Assembly: GCA_035645175.1 (NCBI GenBank) | Contig: DASQNB010000057.1 | Location: 1 to 39,901 of the forward strand | DNA length: 39,901 bases | Direction of reading: 5' to 3' | From: Geodermatophilus sp. | GTDB lineage: Bacteria > Actinomycetota > Actinomycetes > Mycobacteriales > Geodermatophilaceae | Part shown: piece after piece, positions 35,025 through 39,901 of the stretch | Position numbering within the stretch: position 1 is the stretch's first letter | Layout: every line of letters begins with the position of its first letter | Translations under genes and position numbers: made by a program | Notes under the pieces: generated by a model | Seen by the model: the letters and a program-made list of their open reading frames with translations, nothing else | The model's database searches: none | What the model was told of the DNA's origin: nothing

Positions 35025-36476
35025 ATGAGCAGCCCGTCACGGCAGTCCCTCTTCCGGCGCATGCCGATCGACCAGATGGACGAGATCGAGAAGGACAGCG
35101 GGGCCGGTGCGCTGGCCAAGAGCCTCGGCCTGTGGCAACTGACCGCCATCGGTGTCGGCGGCATCATCGGCGTCGGGATCTTCTCCCTCGCCGGGCTGGT
35201 GGCGGCCGGCGACGAGGACAACCCCGGCGTCGGCCCGGCCGTGCTGATCGCCTTCCTCATCGCCGGCCTGGCCTCTGCGGCCGCGGCGGTGTCCTACGCC
35301 GAGTTCGCCGGCATGATCCCGCGGGCCGGCTCGGCCTACACCTACGGGTACGTGGCCCTCGGCGAGATCATCGGGTGGTTCATCGGCTGGGACCTGCTGC
35401 TGGAGTACATCGCCATCGTCGCCGTCGTGGCGATCGGCATCTCCGGCTACCTCGAGGCGTTCCTCAACGGCTTCGGAGTCGCCCTGCCGGTGTCGGTCAC
35501 CGCGTCGGCCGAGGAGGGCGGGGTCGTCAACATCCCGGCCATCGTCATCTGCCTGCTGGTCACCTTCATCCTCAGCCGCGGCACCAAGGCCTTCGGCCGG
35601 TTCGAGCTCGTCGCCGTGGCGATCAAGATCGTGCTGATCCTGTTCATCATCGGGCTCGGCGTGTTCTACATCAACGCCGAGAACTACGACCCGTTCCTGC
35701 CGGCCGGGTTCGGCCCGGTGCTCACCGGCGCGGCCACCGTCTTCTTCGCCGTCTTCGGCTACGACGCCATGAGCACCGCCGCCGAGGAGGCCGAGGACGG
35801 CAAGCAGCACATGCCCAAGGCGATCATCCTCTCCCTGATCATCGCGATGACGCTCTACGTGGCCGCCACGCTGGTGCTCACCGGCATGCAGAACTACCAG
35901 GACATCGACCCGACCGCCGGCTTCGCCTCGGCCTTCACCAGCGTCGGCCTGCCGGTCATCGCCAGCATCATCTCGGTCTTCGCCGTGCTGTCCATCCTGA
36001 CCGTGATGCTGACCTTCCTGCTCGGGGTCACCCGGGTGTGGTTCTCCATGAGCCGCGACGGGCTGCTGCCCCCGTGGTTCGCCAAGGTGGACCGCGGCGG
36101 CACCCCGCAGCGCGTCACCTGGATCGCCGGGGTGGCCTCCGCCCTGCTCGCCGGCGTCTTCCCGATCCGCGCCGTCGCGGACCTGACGAACATCGGCATC
36201 CTGTCCGCGTTCATCGTCGTGTGCGCCGCGGTCATCCTGTTCCGCTACACCCGGCCGGACACCCCCCGCTCCTTCCGGCTGCCGTTCATGCCCTTCGTCC
36301 CCGCGTTCGGGGTGCTGTCGTCGCTGTTCCTGATCTGGCAGCTGCCCTGGGAGACCTGGGCGCGCTTCGGCGTCTGGCTCCTGATCGGGTTCGCCATCTA
36401 CTTCGCCTACGGCCGCAGGCACTCACTGCTGAACCCCGACAGCCCGCACCACCGACGGCAGCCGACCACCCCCTGA
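35025..36476 (+). CDS. APC-family amino acid permease
   Basis: GVGGIIGVGIF, YAEFAGMIPRAGSAYTY, FGYDAMSTAAEE, SMSRDGLLP, about 12 TM helices. Confidence 0.93.
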   Translation: MSSPSRQSLFRRMPIDQMDEIEKDSGAGALAKSLGLWQLTAIGVGGIIGVGIFSLAGLVAAGDEDNPGVGPAVLIAFLIAGLASAAAAVSYAEFAGMIPRAGSAYTYGYVALGEIIGWFIGWDLLLEYIAIVAVVAIGISGYLEAFLNGFGVALPVSVTASAEEGGVVNIPAIVICLLVTFILSRGTKAFGRFELVAVAIKIVLILFIIGLGVFYINAENYDPFLPAGFGPVLTGAATVFFAVFGYDAMSTAAEEAEDGKQHMPKAIILSLIIAMTLYVAATLVLTGMQNYQDIDPTAGFASAFTSVGLPVIASIISVFAVLSILTVMLTFLLGVTRVWFSMSRDGLLPPWFAKVDRGGTPQRVTWIAGVASALLAGVFPIRAVADLTNIGILSAFIVVCAAVILFRYTRPDTPRSFRLPFMPFVPAFGVLSSLFLIWQLPWETWARFGVWLLIGFAIYFAYGRRHSLLNPDSPHHRRQPTTP

Positions 36477-36657
36477 CGCGGGAGGGCGCCGCTCGTCAGG
36501 GCACGGGGTGGGCGCCGCCGGTGCGCGGCCCACGCGCCGGCGCTCGGGAGGCCGGGGGCCGGGGACCGGGCTTGCCGGTGCCGGCGGACGTGGTGTCCAC
36601 TGACGCCGATCGCTCCCGGTCGTCCCCACGCAGGCCCGTGAGCCGAGGAGGCCCGAC

Positions 36658-36921
36658 ATGGTGCCCCGCCGACCGAGAGGCGGACTGCAGGCCGAGCTCC
36701 TCCACCTGCTGCAGCCGCGGATGCCCGGACGTGACCGGCTGGTCAGCGAGCGGGTCGCCCCGACCCTGGCGTCGATCGGCGACAGCATGGCCGGCCGGCC
36801 GGCGGACGAGGTCCTCGCCGCGCTGGACGCGGCGGTCCGAGACGCCGGCGCGACGCCGGACCGGACGGCGCTGAGGGAGTTCGCCGCGCAGATCGAGGCC
36901 GGTGAGAACCCCTTCAGCTGA
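36658..36921 (+). CDS. Small hypothetical protein
   Basis: GAGGAGG RBS, GC3-biased codons, 87 aa ending GENPFS. Confidence 0.6.
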   Translation: MVPRRPRGGLQAELLHLLQPRMPGRDRLVSERVAPTLASIGDSMAGRPADEVLAALDAAVRDAGATPDRTALREFAAQIEAGENPFS

Positions 36922-36950
36922 GGGGGTGACCCCTCCCGGCGGAGACCACC

Positions 36951-37008
36951 GGCCCCGTCCCGGGTCCCGCCCCGAACCCGCGCGGGGCGGGGAGGACGGG
37001 GTCCTCGG
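36951..37008. repeat. REP-like element fragment
   Basis: GGCCCCGTCC...GGAGGACGGGGTCCTC inverted ends. GGACGGGGTCCTC also occurs at 4491-4503 and 31349-31361. Lies between convergent genes. Confidence 0.55.
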
Positions 37009-37251
37009 TCAGTGGCTGCGGAAGAGGTCCCGACGGGCCTGGTGGACGAGGATGGCGGCGGCGTCGCTGTCGGCGGCGCCCCAGCCGGCCATCAGGGCCG
37101 CGAGGTCGTCGCGGTCACCGAGGGTGGCGTAGTCGGCGAGCTCGCGCTCGAGGGTCCGGCGGGCGCGCCGCTCGTCCCGGCGGCGGCGCAGCCGGTTCAC
37201 CAGCCCCAGGTCGGGCGTGGTGTCGGCAATGGCGAAGGCGGTGCCCTGCAT
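37009..37251 (-). CDS. Small Arg-rich hypothetical protein
   Basis: GGAGA RBS before ATG 37251. RRRRDERRARRTLERELADYAT...DRDDL helical pattern. Confidence 0.65.
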   Translation of the reverse strand: MQGTAFAIADTTPDLGLVNRLRRRRDERRARRTLERELADYATLGDRDDLAALMAGWGAADSDAAAILVHQARRDLFRSH

Positions 37252-37434
37252 GGCGGTCTCCGTGGTGTCGGGTGATCTGTTCTCCACCCATGGTCCACCG
37301 AGGTGCTTGGCATCTATCGCCATCGCACTGTGAGTGTCCCCACGACGAGTAGGCAGATGTGGCCGACGCCACCGCTCTCGGACTCTCGACGAGACACAGG
37401 TGATGCCGAAGCGCCGACAGGAGGTGGGCGCGGG

Positions 37435-38163
37435 TCAACGGCCGACGAGCGTGGTCTCGAAGTCGTAGCGGGAGGCGCGGTACACGTGCCGGCCGTACTC
37501 GACGGCCCCGCCCTGGTCGTCGAAGGCGGTGCGCTGCATGGTGAGCAGCGCGGCGCGCGGCGGCTCGTCGAGCAGCCGGGCCTCCTCGGCGCGCGCCAGC
37601 CGTGCACCGATGCGCTGGTGGGCCACCCGCAGGTGCACCCCCTGCGCCCGCAGGTACTGGTAGAGGCCGCGCTCGGTCAGCTCCTCGACGGTCGGCCGGA
37701 AGCGGCCCGGCAGGTGGTTGGTCAGCAGTGCCAGCGGCTCCCCGCGGGAGCGCCGCAGCCGGCGCACCACCACGATCTCGTCCCCCTCGGCCACGTCGAG
37801 CTCCTTGGCGACGTCGGCCGGGGCAGGGACCCGGTCCAGCGACAGCACCTCGGTCGTCGGCCCCTCACCGGCGCGGGACAGGTCGTCGTACAGGCTGGTG
37901 AGCTCCACGGACCGGCGCACGTGCGGCTGGATGACCTGGGTGCCCACCCCCCGCTTGCGCACCAGGAGGCCCTTGTCGACGAGCTCCTGGACCGCCCGGC
38001 GCACGGTCGGGCGCGACAGGCCGTACCGCTGGGCCAGCAGGACCTCGTTCTCCAGCCGGGAGCCGGCCGGCAGGGCCCCGCCGGCGATCGCCCCCTCGAT
38101 CGCCTGGGCGAGCTGGAAGTACAGCGGCATGGGGCTGGACCGGTCGATGTCGAAGGTGAGCAC
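37435..38163 (-). CDS. GntR/HutC-family regulator (IolR-like)
   Basis: PLYFQLAQ...LSRPTVRRAVQELVDKGLLVRKRGVGT plus a UTRA domain. GAGGAGG RBS. Divergent from iolC. Confidence 0.9.
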   Translation of the reverse strand: MLTFDIDRSSPMPLYFQLAQAIEGAIAGGALPAGSRLENEVLLAQRYGLSRPTVRRAVQELVDKGLLVRKRGVGTQVIQPHVRRSVELTSLYDDLSRAGEGPTTEVLSLDRVPAPADVAKELDVAEGDEIVVVRRLRRSRGEPLALLTNHLPGRFRPTVEELTERGLYQYLRAQGVHLRVAHQRIGARLARAEEARLLDEPPRAALLTMQRTAFDDQGGAVEYGRHVYRASRYDFETTLVGR

Positions 38164-38290
38164 GGGGGCCTCCTCGGGATGCGGGCACCGAGCGGGCTCG
38201 GCCGGTGGGTCGGCGCCCCGCACGAGCATGATCGCACCTCGGAGCCCGGTCCTGTCCTCACCTCGTCGGGGGAGGCGGACATGGGCACGT

Positions 38291-38316
38291 CTTGTTGGAC
38301 GTATGTCTTTACAAAG
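38291..38316. promoter_or_regulatory. Putative IolR operator
   Basis: AT-rich TATGTCTTTACAAAG containing TGTCTTTACA (38304-38313), a GntR/HutC-type dyad between the regulator and iolC. Confidence 0.55.
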
Positions 38317-38377
38317 TGATGTGCTGTGGAGCACAGTGGCGTCGCAACGCAACCGACGACGCAGGGGACGGAGAGCC

Positions 38378-39340
38378 GTGGCAGACGCCCTCGACGTGGT
38401 GGTGATGGGACGCAGCGGGGTGGACGTGTACCCGCTGCAGGTGGGCGTCGGGCTGGAGGACGTCGAGACCTTCGGCAAGTTCCTCGGCGGCAGCGCGGCC
38501 AACGTCGCGGTCGCCGCCGCCCGCCTCGGGCACTCCGCGGCGCTCGTCACCGGGGTGGGCGGTGACCCGTTCGGCCGCTTCGTCCGGCGGGCGCTGCGCG
38601 ACCTCGGGGTCGACGACCGGTTCGTCGTCGTCGACCCGGCGCACCCGACCCCGGTCACCTTCTGCGAGATCTTCCCGCCCGACGACTTCCCGCTGTACTT
38701 CTACCGCCGCCCGGTCGCCCCGGACCTGCAGATCCGCCCCGAAGACCTCGACCTCGCCGCGATCCGGGACGCCGCGCTGTTCTGGGCGACGGTCACCGGG
38801 CTGTCCGAGGAGCCCAGCCGGTCGGCGCACCACGCGGCGTGGGAGGCGCGGGGGCGCCGCCGGCACACCGTGCTCGACCTCGACTACCGGCCGGTGTTCT
38901 GGGCCTCGCAGGAGGAGGCCACGGCGCAGGTGCGCGCCGCCCTCCCCCACGTGACCGTCGCCGTCGGCAACCGCGAGGAGTGCGAGGTGGCCGTCGGTGA
39001 GACCGACCCCGACCGCGCGGCCGACGCCCTGCTCGACGCCGGCGTCGAGCTGGCGATCGTGAAGCAGGGCCCGCGCGGCGTCCTCGGCAAGACCCGCACC
39101 GAGCGGGTCGTCGTCCCACCCACCCCGGTCGACGTGGTCAACGGCCTGGGTGCCGGCGACGCGTTCGGAGGCTCCCTCGTCCACGGCCTGCTCACCGGGC
39201 TGCCGCTGGAGCGGCTGCTGCGCAACGCCAACGCCGCCGGGGCCATCGTGGCCTCGCGGCTGGAGTGCTCCACCGCGATGCCGACCGCCGCCGAGATCGA
39301 CTCCTCCGTCGCCGCCTCCCTGGAGGGCACCCGTGTCTGA
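38378..39340 (+). CDS. iolC: 5-dehydro-2-deoxygluconokinase
   Basis: GRSGVDVYP, FLGGSAANVAVAAARLG, DLDYRP, NGLGAGDAFGG (PfkB), ECSTAMP. Confidence 0.92.
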   Translation: MADALDVVVMGRSGVDVYPLQVGVGLEDVETFGKFLGGSAANVAVAAARLGHSAALVTGVGGDPFGRFVRRALRDLGVDDRFVVVDPAHPTPVTFCEIFPPDDFPLYFYRRPVAPDLQIRPEDLDLAAIRDAALFWATVTGLSEEPSRSAHHAAWEARGRRRHTVLDLDYRPVFWASQEEATAQVRAALPHVTVAVGNREECEVAVGETDPDRAADALLDAGVELAIVKQGPRGVLGKTRTERVVVPPTPVDVVNGLGAGDAFGGSLVHGLLTGLPLERLLRNANAAGAIVASRLECSTAMPTAAEIDSSVAASLEGTRV

Positions 39341-39901
39341 CACCGCCGTCTCCGCCGCGGACATCTCCGGTCCGGCGACCCTGGACTCCACGCCGCTGTG
39401 CACCTCCTATGCCGAGGTCACCGAGCTGCGCGCGCGGAACCCCGAGGCCATCGCCCACGCGCTGGCCGCACGCCGCCGCCGGCCGGCGTTCCTCCCCGAG
39501 GACGGGCGGCTCATGCTCGTCGCCGCCGACCACCCCGCCCGCGGGGCGCTGTCGGCCCAGGGACGGCCCACCGCGATGAACAACCGCACCGAGATGCTCG
39601 ACCGGCTGCGGGCGGCGCTGGCCCGCCCCGGCGTGGACGGCCTGCTCGCCACCGCGGACATCGCCGAGGACCTGCTCCTGCTCGGCGCGCTCGAGGACAA
39701 GGTCGTGGTGGCGTCGATGAACCGCGGCGGCCTGGCCGGGGCCAGCTTCGAGCTCGACGACCGGATGACCGGCTACGACGTCGCGGGCGTGGTGGAGGCC
39801 CGCTTCGACGCGGCCAAGATGCTCAACCGGATCGACCTCGACGACCCGGGCACGGTGCGGATGCTGGAGACCTCCGGCCGAGCAGTCACCGAACTGGCCC
39901 G
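39333..39901 (+). CDS. Cgl0159-like (beta/alpha)8 aldolase of the inositol operon (truncated by window edge)
   Basis: Manual translation from GTG 39333: ...RLMLVAADHPARGAL...GVDGLLATADIAEDL...SMNRGGLAGASFELDDR. Overlaps the iolC stop. Confidence 0.85.
   Translation, partial: MSDTAVSAADISGPATLDSTPLCTSYAEVTELRARNPEAIAHALAARRRRPAFLPEDGRLMLVAADHPARGALSAQGRPTAMNNRTEMLDRLRAALARPGVDGLLATADIAEDLLLLGALEDKVVVASMNRGGLAGASFELDDRMTGYDVAGVVEARFDAAKMLNRIDLDDPGTVRMLETSGRAVTELA

Noticed and set aside
309-39700. Many long overlapping ORFs in the supplied track (e.g. 309-2276, 2656-5157, 21599-25024, 27465-31202)
   Set aside because: They are antisense or off-frame shadows of real genes, typical of high-GC DNA. 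They are Arg/Pro/Gly-rich and contain no domain motifs.
37435-39901. iol genes as a novelty
   Set aside because: GntR/iolC/Cgl0159-like order is a standard actinobacterial inositol catabolism arrangement.

Overview
High-GC actinobacterial chromosomal segment. Gene content and intergenic repeats suggest a Geodermatophilaceae-type genome (inference). It holds about 38 genes or gene remnants, and I found no rRNA, tRNA, CRISPR array or transposase. Main blocks: (1) an SGNH hydrolase, a PAS/GAF/PP2C phosphatase and a second, non-canonical family-A DNA polymerase; (2) two MerR-family modules, one with a deleted and frameshifted FMN-reductase target; (3) a TetR/USP/permease unit; (4) a divergent copper locus with a class F sortase, a sortase-signal-bearing Cu/Zn-SOD-fold-like protein, CopC and a CopD fused to a ligand-less cupredoxin, with two matching ECF-type promoters; (5) vapBC, pspC and a doubly frameshifted tspO; (6) a stress/dormancy-like stretch with USPs, GH15 plus a variant zwf, PLD, a KhtTU-like antiporter and an Rv1733c homologue with DosR-like boxes; (7) the oleA-oleBC-oleD olefin operon behind a highly structured leader; (8) the start of an inositol (iol) operon. 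The best candidate for an undescribed system is the sortase/SOD-fold/CopCD copper module. All calls come from motif recognition by eye, and no searches were run.
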